Positions 39,398 through 47,237 of a stretch of 64,000 nucleotides of DNA are shown here, piece after piece. How positions within the stretch are numbered: the first letter of the stretch is position 1; each line of letters opens with the position of its first letter. The notes under the pieces were generated by a model. The model saw only the letters and a list, made by a program, of their open reading frames with translations, had not been told where the DNA came from and ran no database searches. The stretch is from a virus (Duplodnaviria; Caudoviricetes), in IMG/VR virus record IMGVR_UViG_3300027804_002812, positions 128,001 to 192,000 of that record. One strand, written 5' to 3'. The position numbers and the translations under genes were made by a program.

Positions 39398-40027
39398 TTA
39401 AATAAATTTGTTCATCAAATTTAACTCTTTTATCAAATCTTTACAATAAAATTTATGACCATTTTCGGACCAATGTCCATCAGATATACGTCCATTTGTT
39501 TCTTCTTTGATGGTTTGATACTTTTGAAATAAACCATTTTGATTCCACCTCCAAATATGTAAAATCATATCTTTCATTACAAATTTTATCATATTCTCCC
39601 AAGCCATACGTTCTTCCTCTATTCCTTTATTCGGATCACGATGTTCTCCCGTAACCCTATTTAGAAGCAAGTTGAGAATAGAATCACTATCAATCCCCCC
39701 CCAATCAATTTGTTCCATCACATTGAATGATCTCCACTCACCATTCTCATCAGTTATTCGAATTCTTGGTTCAGGTGCCCATCCAACAAAAACAATATCA
39801 TTCGGTTTTATTTCTGTAATATTTTCACAAAAAGATTGGAGTATTGAATAGTTATCCCATCCTCCTTGAGCAAAATTTTTGTAATCATATCCCAATTCTT
39901 CAGAAACCAATTTCCCCCATGATTTTGGGAAATATCCTTTCAAATCCTTGTAAAGTTCGAAATTACCAATTCGGTTATTTTCGAAATCCACAGAAAATGA
40001 ATCACCGAATACCCATACTGTTTTCAT
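39398..40027 (-). CDS. SGNH/GDSL-like hydrolase
   Basis: VFGDSF block I; DGHW near the C-terminus. Confidence 0.6.
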   Translation of the reverse strand: MKTVWVFGDSFSVDFENNRIGNFELYKDLKGYFPKSWGKLVSEELGYDYKNFAQGGWDNYSILQSFCENITEIKPNDIVFVGWAPEPRIRITDENGEWRSFNVMEQIDWGGIDSDSILNLLLNRVTGEHRDPNKGIEEERMAWENMIKFVMKDMILHIWRWNQNGLFQKYQTIKEETNGRISDGHWSENGHKFYCKDLIKELNLMNKFI

Positions 40028-40031
40028 GTGT

Positions 40032-40448
40032 TTATTTTTTCAACAACCAAGACGAAGATTGGATTTTATCGCCAAGTCCATCAATCAACTTAATCCCTAA
40101 CCAATCACATATGTGTCTCTCAGGGATGCTATTGTTAGTTTGGTCTCCACCATTGGCGAATAAGTATTCATCCTCTCTATCCCCCAAAGTATAAATCGTT
40201 TCGAGTGTTTTACAAACAGTTCTATCTGTATCTATGGAGGGGAAAACTCTATCAACCATTTTCAAATTTTGGACGATAAACATTCTCTCATCTTCACTCT
40301 GAAACTCTTTACTACCTTTCAACTCTCTCTGTTTGTCGTTATTGACGATAACATAGAGTTTATCACCATGTTCTTTGGACTTATTGAAATATTCAATATG
40401 TCCCTTATGAACAGGATTAAAATAACCGCTTACAATTACAATTTTCAT
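40032..40448 (-). CDS. cytidylyl/adenylyltransferase (HxGH family)
   Basis: VSGYFNPVHKGH; FANGGD; SSSW. Confidence 0.85.
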   Translation of the reverse strand: MKIVIVSGYFNPVHKGHIEYFNKSKEHGDKLYVIVNNDKQRELKGSKEFQSEDERMFIVQNLKMVDRVFPSIDTDRTVCKTLETIYTLGDREDEYLFANGGDQTNNSIPERHICDWLGIKLIDGLGDKIQSSSWLLKK

Positions 40449-40464
40449 ATTCTAAAATTAAATG

Positions 40465-40538
40465 AGGTCAGAATCGGATTCGAACCGATGGATACTTGTT
40501 TTGCAGACAAGCCCCTTAAGCCACTTGGGTATCTGACC
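40465..40538 (-). tRNA. tRNA-Cys(GCA)
   Basis: CTTGT-CTGCAAA-ACAAG; U73. Confidence 0.9.
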
Positions 40539-40547
40539 ATTTATAAT

Positions 40548-40615
40548 GTGTCAGGACGGGTTTCTAACCCGCTCCTCAGTTAACTACTGTGTGCTGCCAT
40601 TTACACCACCTGACT
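40548..40615 (-). ncRNA. minimal tRNA-like RNA (truncated anticodon arm)
   Basis: GTCAGG/CCTGAC acceptor, D- and T-arms present, only an 18-nt centre. Confidence 0.55.
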
Positions 40616-40680
40616 AAATTTAGATTTCTAAAACTCATCCTCGAAAGGGTAAAGAAACTCCATCTTATTTGTTTTTTGCG

Positions 40681-40801
40681 TAGTCAGGACAGGATTCGAA
40701 CCTGTACGAAGAGTATGTGTGTCTCTTCTCCTATGGGTTTACCTCAAGGGTTTCCACCTGCCATCGCACGTTGTAGCGTCTACCAATTTCGCCACCTGAC
40801 T
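40681..40801 (-). ncRNA. tRNA-like RNA, Leu-type frame with 70-nt structured centre
   Basis: AGTCAGG/CCTGACT-A, GCGAAATTGGTAGACGC D-arm, ACAGG-TTCGAAT-CCTGT T-arm. Confidence 0.7.
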
Positions 40802-40885
40802 ATATTAGGTTAGAGGCTGTTAACCATAAGGTCGTACGAAACATCACTTGTACTTCGTGTCAGGGAATTTCCCATACCTCTAAAG

Positions 40886-41028
40886 TAGTCAGGACAGGAT
40901 TCGAACCTGTATGATTGAAAAGACCAATTTTATTCGGTTCTTCGGGATGGTCAACATATTTAATGTGATGTCTCACGGCCCGATTAATCAATCACCCATT
41001 ACACGTCTACCAATTTCGCCACCTGACC
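40886..41028 (-). ncRNA. tRNA-like RNA, Leu-type frame with 92-nt structured centre
   Basis: same near-identical 5' and 3' blocks as 40681-40801, unrelated centre. Confidence 0.7.
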
Positions 41029-41147
41029 AATGTTTTTAGTTACTTTATCAACACTTCTCCAAGAACCACCTCGGCCAGTTTATATCAATTTCACTTAGGT
41101 TACGTCATGATTCTGCTGGTTAAGCGTCCTCAATCTAAACCCGTTTG

Positions 41148-41221
41148 TACTCCGTACGGGACTCGAACCCGTAAGCTCTCCCGTGAAAGGGGAGTGTCCT
41201 AACCAATTAGACGAACGGAGC
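41148..41221 (-). tRNA. tRNA-Glu(TTC)
   Basis: CTCCC-CTTTCAC-GGGAG. Confidence 0.9.
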
Positions 41222-41233
41222 TTGTTTGTCTTA

Positions 41234-41241
41234 CAAAGATA
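41234..41241 (-). promoter_or_regulatory. Bacteroidota -7 box for the tRNA array
   Basis: TATCTTTG on the minus strand, 12 nt before tRNA-Glu. Confidence 0.7.
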
Positions 41242-41273
41242 CTACAATATTTCAAAGAACAAAAACATGTCAT

Positions 41274-41308
41274 AAAAAAACCCCAAACTTTTTTTAAGAG
41301 TTCGGGGT
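41274..41308 (-). terminator. intrinsic terminator
   Basis: ACCCCGAACT/AGTTTGGGGT stem plus T7. Confidence 0.75.
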
Positions 41309-41345
41309 CTAAAAATTTAATTTATCTAAATTAAAAAATTACTTT

Positions 41346-41435
41346 CTATGACATCCGAACTACAGGGCAAATACCTTCATACCAACATTTCTCTTGTTGA
41401 CTATTACTGTTAATATGTTGACCTGTAGTTCTCAT
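41346..41435 (-). CDS. 29-aa leader-like peptide inside a large hairpin
   Basis: MRTTGQHINSNSQQEKCWYEGICPVVRMS; own TTGACA-type promoter and downstream terminator. Confidence 0.4.
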   Translation of the reverse strand: MRTTGQHINSNSQQEKCWYEGICPVVRMS

Positions 41436-41492
41436 TGTATTGATAATTACTTCTAATGTATGAAATATTTTTATTTTGTCAAATGTTTTTTG

Positions 41493-41566
41493 TATCCCCG
41501 ACACGATTCGAACGTGTGACCCCAAACTTAGAAGGTTTGCGCTCTATCCAGCTGAGCTACGGAGAC
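41493..41566 (-). tRNA. tRNA-Arg(TCT)
   Basis: CAAAC-CTTCTAA-GTTTG. Confidence 0.9.
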
Positions 41567-41571
41567 AAATA

Positions 41572-41733
41572 TTACTGACCGTATATTTTTTTAGCAAGTT
41601 CTTCGGCTTCAGCCAGAAGTTTGTCAGATGCGGTTCTGTTTGTATGAGATAATTTATAAGCATCTGCCATCATTTTCTCATAAGTTTCCTGTAGTTTTTC
41701 TTTTTCTGTTTTCTTCTTAAATAATCCGAACAT
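41572..41733 (-). CDS. Lacal_2735-family-like small protein (53 aa, below the ORF-track cutoff)
   Basis: MFGLFKKKTEKEKLQETYEKMMADAYKLSHTNRTASDKLLAEAEEL. Confidence 0.7.
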   Translation of the reverse strand: MFGLFKKKTEKEKLQETYEKMMADAYKLSHTNRTASDKLLAEAEELAKKIYGQ

Positions 41734-41771
41734 AATATGTGAATAACACTATCGTCTTTGAAAGTTTTTAT

Positions 41772-42023
41772 TTAATCTTTATGCCTTGCGGCGTTCAATC
41801 TACTTTCAAGTTTATCAAGTCGTGAATCTATTGTTCGATAAATATCGTCAATAATTCTATCACGATCTCTCATTTGATTTTCAATTTCTCTTGCGAGAAA
41901 CTGATTTATTTGTTTAATTTCTTCCTTCTGTTTATTCACTCTAACAAAAGCAATAACCGCAACCACTGCCACAGCAATGACCACAACTATAGACATTCCT
42001 AAAATAAATGATACTAAATCCAT
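41772..42023 (-). CDS. membrane-anchored coiled-coil protein
   Basis: N-terminal TM helix; AAGGAG SD upstream; flanked by an inverted repeat. Confidence 0.7.
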   Translation of the reverse strand: MDLVSFILGMSIVVVIAVAVVAVIAFVRVNKQKEEIKQINQFLAREIENQMRDRDRIIDDIYRTIDSRLDKLESRLNAARHKD

Positions 42024-42070
42024 ATAATTTTCTCCTTTATTCCAAAGAACGATAGTGTTATACTCTACAT

Positions 42071-42709
42071 TTATGTTACTCTACCTGGTTTCCAACCGTC
42101 GGGAATAATATCTTCTTTTTTTATTTTTCTATTTTCATCACCATTTGTAATCCATTTTGTACCAAATTGTGAGTTAGATTTTCCGATACCCTTTCCTTTT
42201 TGAACTTCTCTCATTTTTCTTTTGGTCTCCTCGGTGTGAAGCCTATTTCTGAATGTTGCGTGATCAAAATTACTTTTTTGGAATCCCAATTTAATTCGAT
42301 TCGAGAACCACTTATTCCATTCGTCATTCATCAGAAGTTTTTGAACTTCTGGTGACCCTTTAATTAGATTCTTTTTTCCTGCTTCTGAAAATTTATATTT
42401 ATGATTATCGTTTACAAATCCACCAGATCCACCAGGTTTCAGATTCATACACATCGGGTCTTTCAATAAATTTTCATTTACTAATTCTTTTTCTCTTAAA
42501 GACAAAGAAAGCCTATTTGGGAAAAATTCTAAAATTTCGAGCTTAAAATTTTCTTTACCATTTTTCCTAATAGACCTTCTTAATCTAATTCCACTCCCTA
42601 AATAACCATCATTCAGATTATCACTTGAGTGCATACCTATATAAAACTTTCCATTTTTAAGGTTTGTGGTTTTATATATGTAATGATACTTTTTTTGTGG
42701 TCTTGCCAT
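42071..42709 (-). CDS. GIY-YIG homing endonuclease (Seg-like, NUMOD3-type tail)
   Basis: YIYKTTNLKNGKFYIG; YLGSG; HTEETKRKM. Confidence 0.88.
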   Translation of the reverse strand: MARPQKKYHYIYKTTNLKNGKFYIGMHSSDNLNDGYLGSGIRLRRSIRKNGKENFKLEILEFFPNRLSLSLREKELVNENLLKDPMCMNLKPGGSGGFVNDNHKYKFSEAGKKNLIKGSPEVQKLLMNDEWNKWFSNRIKLGFQKSNFDHATFRNRLHTEETKRKMREVQKGKGIGKSNSQFGTKWITNGDENRKIKKEDIIPDGWKPGRVT

Positions 42710-42760
42710 AACTTATACATTATATATATAAATATAGCAAAGTACAAAAAAGTACTCCGG

Positions 42761-42843
42761 TATCAGAGATGGGAGTCGAACCCACACGAGCTTTCGCCCA
42801 GCAGATTTTAAGTCTGCCATGTATACCATTCCATCACTCCGAC
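42761..42843 (-). tRNA. tRNA-Leu(TAA)
   Basis: GCAGA-CTTAAAA-TCTGC; long variable arm; A73. Confidence 0.9.
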
Positions 42844-42869
42844 ATTATTCTACAAATATAATGAAAGTT

Positions 42870-43520
42870 TTAGATACTTTCAACCCGATGTTTCATAATT
42901 TCACAATACTTCTCATCGATTTCATAACTAATAGAGTTGAATCCCAACTCTTGAGCAACCTTACTTGTTGTTCCACTTCCACCGAATACATCGATAATTG
43001 TTTGATTTGGTTGTGCGGTTGTCAAAATAATTCTTCGGATTACTTCCTCAGGAATTTGACAAGGGTGCTCGGTCTTTTCCTTGCTAACATTTTTGACTTG
43101 GTTGATTTCCCACCAATCATAAAGTTTTGCACCAGTCTTTCCTTCAGCAATTCTTTTTTGAATACGTTTGTCTTTGAGATTTTTATATTCCTGTCTGACT
43201 TTCCTAAAGTCAGGTTTACAACCCCACCATGATATCAATCGACTTTGTTTTCCTGTGTTGGAATTATACACCCAACAAACAACCTGTTCACATTTGGCGT
43301 TGATTGCCTTTGGTAACAAGTTGATTGTTTCTTCGGGGTAATGAATGATGACACAAGGGGTTGGGATTTTGGATAATAATTCGATATAATCCTCTTCGCT
43401 TAATTTGTCTTTATATTCGTTGTAAGAATATTCTTGATTATAAGGTGGGTCGGTTATTGTTAATCCTGTTGGTATGTCGCAGTTTCTAAAATCTTCGTTA
43501 ATAATTGTTGTTTCCACCAT
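42870..43520 (-). CDS. N6-A/N4-C DNA methyltransferase (beta class)
   Basis: DPPY, then HPCQIP, then DVFGGSGTT. Confidence 0.88.
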   Translation of the reverse strand: MVETTIINEDFRNCDIPTGLTITDPPYNQEYSYNEYKDKLSEEDYIELLSKIPTPCVIIHYPEETINLLPKAINAKCEQVVCWVYNSNTGKQSRLISWWGCKPDFRKVRQEYKNLKDKRIQKRIAEGKTGAKLYDWWEINQVKNVSKEKTEHPCQIPEEVIRRIILTTAQPNQTIIDVFGGSGTTSKVAQELGFNSISYEIDEKYCEIMKHRVESI

Positions 43521-43537
43521 AAATTTAATAAATCATT

Positions 43538-44236
43538 CTAAAATTCTTCTTCCCACAGTGTGTTGGATATAGACTCCTCAATGTTGTATGCGTGTGATAA
43601 TATAACATATTTTTTGTCAAAGTAAAATTGGAATTCTCCTTGAGATCCTTCATTTATTTCCCAACCTCCGAAGTTTTCTTCCAATTGTTGATAACACCAT
43701 TCTTCTATTTCGGGTGGTACAGGTTGACCACTCTCAAAATTCGATTCGATGTATCCACTATCACCACCTCCATTATACTTCAAGACCAAATAATTATCTT
43801 CAGGAATTTCGATATCATCGAAAACTCCTTTTTCTTCCCACTCTTCAATCATATCATCGTATTCGACACCTTCTGAACCTCCCTCAGTTTGATAACTATA
43901 CATGTGTGTTAAGGAGATTTCTTTTTTAACACTATCAATCGTTATTTCGAATCCTTGATAAACGATGTTAGCATCATTAGGTAATTCATCGTATAATCCT
44001 TCATCATCAACATAACTGATAATTTTTTTCAATATTGGTACAAGGCCGTCTGGAATTTCTGCGGTATAATTATTCTCAAAATGAGTTGGAAAATAATTTT
44101 CCCCGTATGAAATTTCATCGTCGTCTGGTTCCATTTCAAATGTAATTTCTCCATAGCTTATTCCCAATGAACTGAGATATCTCGAAACTTTACCTAAATA
44201 TTTTTTTTCTTCTGGTGTTAATATATTTTGTGCCAT
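43538..44236 (-). CDS. acidic protein, C-terminal DUF6878-like domain
   Basis: YNGGGDSGYIE...GWEINEGSQG. Confidence 0.55.
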   Translation of the reverse strand: MAQNILTPEEKKYLGKVSRYLSSLGISYGEITFEMEPDDDEISYGENYFPTHFENNYTAEIPDGLVPILKKIISYVDDEGLYDELPNDANIVYQGFEITIDSVKKEISLTHMYSYQTEGGSEGVEYDDMIEEWEEKGVFDDIEIPEDNYLVLKYNGGGDSGYIESNFESGQPVPPEIEEWCYQQLEENFGGWEINEGSQGEFQFYFDKKYVILSHAYNIEESISNTLWEEEF

Positions 44237-44247
44237 ACAAATAAATA

Positions 44248-44601
44248 TCAGTCTTCGAATTCTAATTTAATTGTCTTCAACATCCATTGTGGTCTTTGAC
44301 TGGTCGCAACATTATTAACCCATTCTTTTGCGGATGGAATGTAGTTGTTACAATCTTCCTTTACATGTTGTTCACCAACATATCGGGTATAAACTGTCTT
44401 ACCATCCGAGTTTTTGAATTCGGTACCAAACCTTTTTTCCATTTCAAATATTCCTTCACTATGATGTCTAAACATTCTATGTAGGGAATCACCAAACCAT
44501 GACTTGGTTTCGTCTAACCATTCATGCAAATGAATGTAGTCCTCAGGTTTTCCACCAAACTTTTTGGCGGATGATTTTGCATGTAAGTTTGGATGTGCCA
44601 T
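44248..44601 (-). CDS. DUF6915-like His-rich protein
   Basis: HPNLHAKSSAKKFGG...RHHSEGIF...EQHVKED. Confidence 0.65.
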   Translation of the reverse strand: MAHPNLHAKSSAKKFGGKPEDYIHLHEWLDETKSWFGDSLHRMFRHHSEGIFEMEKRFGTEFKNSDGKTVYTRYVGEQHVKEDCNNYIPSAKEWVNNVATSQRPQWMLKTIKLEFED

Positions 44602-44722
44602 TATGATTTAATTTGTGAAAAAGATTGTAACGTCTGTACGGTTTGTTTCCAAGGATAATCCTTCAGTTTCCATTTCATTCTTAGCGTCCGTTCCGTCATT
44701 CTTTCGAATCGTTACTATATTG

Positions 44723-44804
44723 CAGAGGAGACAGGATTCGAACCTGCAAAGCTTTTACACCCGACGGTTTTCAAGACCGCTCAACAACCGCTGTCCACTC
44801 CTCT
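44723..44804 (-). tRNA. tRNA-Ser(TGA), atypical D-arm
   Basis: GCGGT-CTTGAAA-ACCGT; G73; long variable arm. Confidence 0.8.
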
Positions 44805-44983
44805 AATTAAACCTAACATAATCAAATCGTCATTTGAATAGAGGTTAGGGGTGTGATTTTAGCTTATACCTTGGGCTATTCACTTATATCACAATACAAC
44901 CTCTGTGTTGTTCTTACGGTTAACATCGAGGTACACGGCTTACCCTGGGACGCTGTTCTTATGGATAGCGTGGTAATTACCGT

Positions 44984-45058
44984 TGGAGCTCCCACTCGGA
45001 ATCGAACCAAGTTATCATGATTACAAGTCATGTGCATCGCCAGCAATGCTTTAGGAGC
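44984..45058 (-). tRNA. tRNA-Thr(TGT), CCA encoded
   Basis: CATGA-CTTGTAA-TCATG; 3' TCCA. Confidence 0.9.
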
Positions 45059-45075
45059 GTATAATTAAATATCTG

Positions 45076-45149
45076 TGGGCCTGGTAGGAATCGAACCTAC
45101 TACCTTCACATTATGAGTGTGCCGCTCTAACCGAGTGAGCTACAGGCCC
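45076..45149 (-). tRNA. tRNA(CAT), Ile2 or elongator Met
   Basis: loop CT-CAT-AA; paired 1:72, so not initiator. Confidence 0.85.
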
Positions 45150-45273
45150 GAAGTATCGTAAATATTAACTATGTTTTTCTTCAAATCAACATGACAAAGG
45201 TAATAAAATTTTTCATTCACAACAACTTTCGTTTCTAAAAAAAATAAATTACTTTTGTTGAAATATTTGATAA

Positions 45274-45759
45274 ATGAGTACGGTATTAGTTTTGAATTCT
45301 GATTACACTCCTCTGAACGTAACAAGTGTTCAGAGAGGATTTGTATTGGTTACCAAAGGAAAGGCGGAAGTGTTAAGGTCGGATGAAAATCCGATTGTGA
45401 CAGGTTACAAGACGTTTATACGACCCGTTATCATACGACTATTAAAATATATTAGGCATAGAACAAGATTGAACAAACCCAACCGTAGTCGCATTTATAA
45501 AAGGGACGGATATGAGTGTGTTTATTGTGGGTCGAAAAAGAATCTAACCTTAGACCACGTTATACCCAAATCAAGAGGAGGTTCGAATGAATGGACAAAC
45601 TTGGTTACTTGTTGTTCAAAGTGTAATCGAGATAAGGACAACAAAACTCCTGATGAGGCAAAGATGCCAATGAAGAAGCCGGCATACGAACCACCAATAA
45701 TGTATGATGATGTGGCGTTATTAAATGTTTGGACAGATTTCCAAAAATCTTTTGTATAA
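45274..45759 (+). CDS. HNH endonuclease (McrA-like)
   Basis: CVYCG...TLDHVIPKSRGG...NLVTCCSKCNRDK. Confidence 0.9.
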   Translation: MSTVLVLNSDYTPLNVTSVQRGFVLVTKGKAEVLRSDENPIVTGYKTFIRPVIIRLLKYIRHRTRLNKPNRSRIYKRDGYECVYCGSKKNLTLDHVIPKSRGGSNEWTNLVTCCSKCNRDKDNKTPDEAKMPMKKPAYEPPIMYDDVALLNVWTDFQKSFV

Positions 45760-45781
45760 AATAAAAATTGTATTAACTTTG
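45751..45781 (+). promoter_or_regulatory. Bacteroidota -33/-7 promoter for clpP
   Basis: TTTG (45751)-N19-TAACTTTG (45774-45781). Confidence 0.7.
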
Positions 45782-45798
45782 TGAAAAATAAATCAGAT

Positions 45799-46479
45799 AT
45801 GAACATCGGACAAGAATTTCAAAACTATTACGTGAAACATTTGGGAAAAGGGTCATTAGACCTTCACAATTTCTCAAGTCAAATTCAATCATCAATGACT
45901 CCTTATATTCTTGAAGAAAGAGAAATGAGGGCAACTCAAATCGACATCTTCTCAAGATTGATGAGAGACAGAATTATTTGGGTGGCTGGTCCTGTGGATG
46001 ATAGAATGTCGACTATTGTACAAGCACAATTGATGTTTATGGACAATGTTGATAAGACCGATATTACTATGCACATTGATAGTCCAGGTGGAAGTGTGAA
46101 GTCAGGATTGTCTATGGTTGATGTAATGAACTACATTGCTTGTGATATCAGAACGGTGAATACAGGTATGGCAGCTTCTATGGGTTCTGTGTTGTTAGGA
46201 GCAGGAACCAAAGGAAAAAGAAGTTCTTTGAGATTTTCGAGAACAATGTTACACCAATCTTCTGGTGGTGCCGTAGGTAACATTCAAGACGCTGAAATCA
46301 CAATGAGAGAATGGGCAAAATTGAATGATATTCTATTTGGTCTCCTTGGTGAGTTTTGTGGAAAAGACCCTGAACAAGTTAAGTTGGACGCTAGTAGAGA
46401 TTTGTGGTTGGATAGTGAACAAGCCCTCGAATATGGAATTATTGACGAGATTGTTAAAACGAAAAAGAGGGGTAAATAA
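45799..46479 (+). CDS. clpP: ATP-dependent Clp protease proteolytic subunit
   Basis: SPGGSV, GMAASMG (Ser), MLHQ (His), RDLW; start moved to ATG 45799. Confidence 0.95.
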   Translation: MNIGQEFQNYYVKHLGKGSLDLHNFSSQIQSSMTPYILEEREMRATQIDIFSRLMRDRIIWVAGPVDDRMSTIVQAQLMFMDNVDKTDITMHIDSPGGSVKSGLSMVDVMNYIACDIRTVNTGMAASMGSVLLGAGTKGKRSSLRFSRTMLHQSSGGAVGNIQDAEITMREWAKLNDILFGLLGEFCGKDPEQVKLDASRDLWLDSEQALEYGIIDEIVKTKKRGK

Positions 46480-46494
46480 CCCCTCTTTTTTTTT
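46462..46494. terminator. intrinsic terminator overlapping the clpP stop
   Basis: aagagggg/cccctctt stem plus T-run. Confidence 0.8.
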
Positions 46495-46560
46495 AGACTT
46501 AGAACACCCCCTTTTCTTTTTGTTCGTCAGTTTATCACAAAATAATTTTACTTATTTTGG

Positions 46561-47229
46561 CTATTGTGTGAATAATCCTCCATCCACATCAGGTTTCAAT
46601 TTGTCATAAACTTTCGAAGCCTTTTCACTCATTGTATTAAATAAATCACATACTACATCTCTAATCTTTCTTTGTACATTTTCAGAGAAACTTTGGTCTT
46701 GTACTGCATCCGCTAAAGCGCTATTCAAGAATTTGGATTCGATTGCGTCAGTGCCACTTTGTTGAAGAATTCTTTTGTGTATCACATCTGATAACGCGTC
46801 TGCAATCAACTTGGATAATTCGTCACAACTTCTTAATGATTGGGCAAGTTTTGTTGGGTCTGCAGATAAAATAGATTTTAATGACTCTTTGAAATAATCC
46901 GCAAGTTGTAATGATTTCATCAATGAATTCACTATCGGGTCAATAATTGTTTGGAAAATCCCTGTAAATCCATCTCCGAAAATTTTACCCAAGAAATCTT
47001 TAAGTTGTTCGTTCAATAAATTTGTTTCTTGTAAATAATTCATTTCAGATACAAGTTTGAACGCAATTTTCTCCTGTTTTAATTTCGATAATGAACCAAA
47101 ATTTTTAATATTTTCTTCAGATTCAAAAATCATAAGAATTCTTTTCTTGACTAAATTTTGTTCAATCAAGAGTTTTTCTTTTCTTTCTTTTGTTTCTAAG
47201 ATTGCTTTTTTTACTTTAATTTCTAACAT
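46561..47229 (-). CDS. hypothetical protein
   Basis: 222-aa ORF. Confidence 0.7.
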   Translation of the reverse strand: MLEIKVKKAILETKERKEKLLIEQNLVKKRILMIFESEENIKNFGSLSKLKQEKIAFKLVSEMNYLQETNLLNEQLKDFLGKIFGDGFTGIFQTIIDPIVNSLMKSLQLADYFKESLKSILSADPTKLAQSLRSCDELSKLIADALSDVIHKRILQQSGTDAIESKFLNSALADAVQDQSFSENVQRKIRDVVCDLFNTMSEKASKVYDKLKPDVDGGLFTQ

Positions 47230-47237
47230 AAGTGTAA

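Noticed and set aside
38702-41028. tRNA inserts considered as group I introns or strict bulge-helix-bulge introns
   Set aside because: Too short for a group I core, and no clean BHB geometry could be drawn
45781-45798. GTG start for clpP
   Set aside because: Overlaps the -7 promoter box; ATG 45799 preferred
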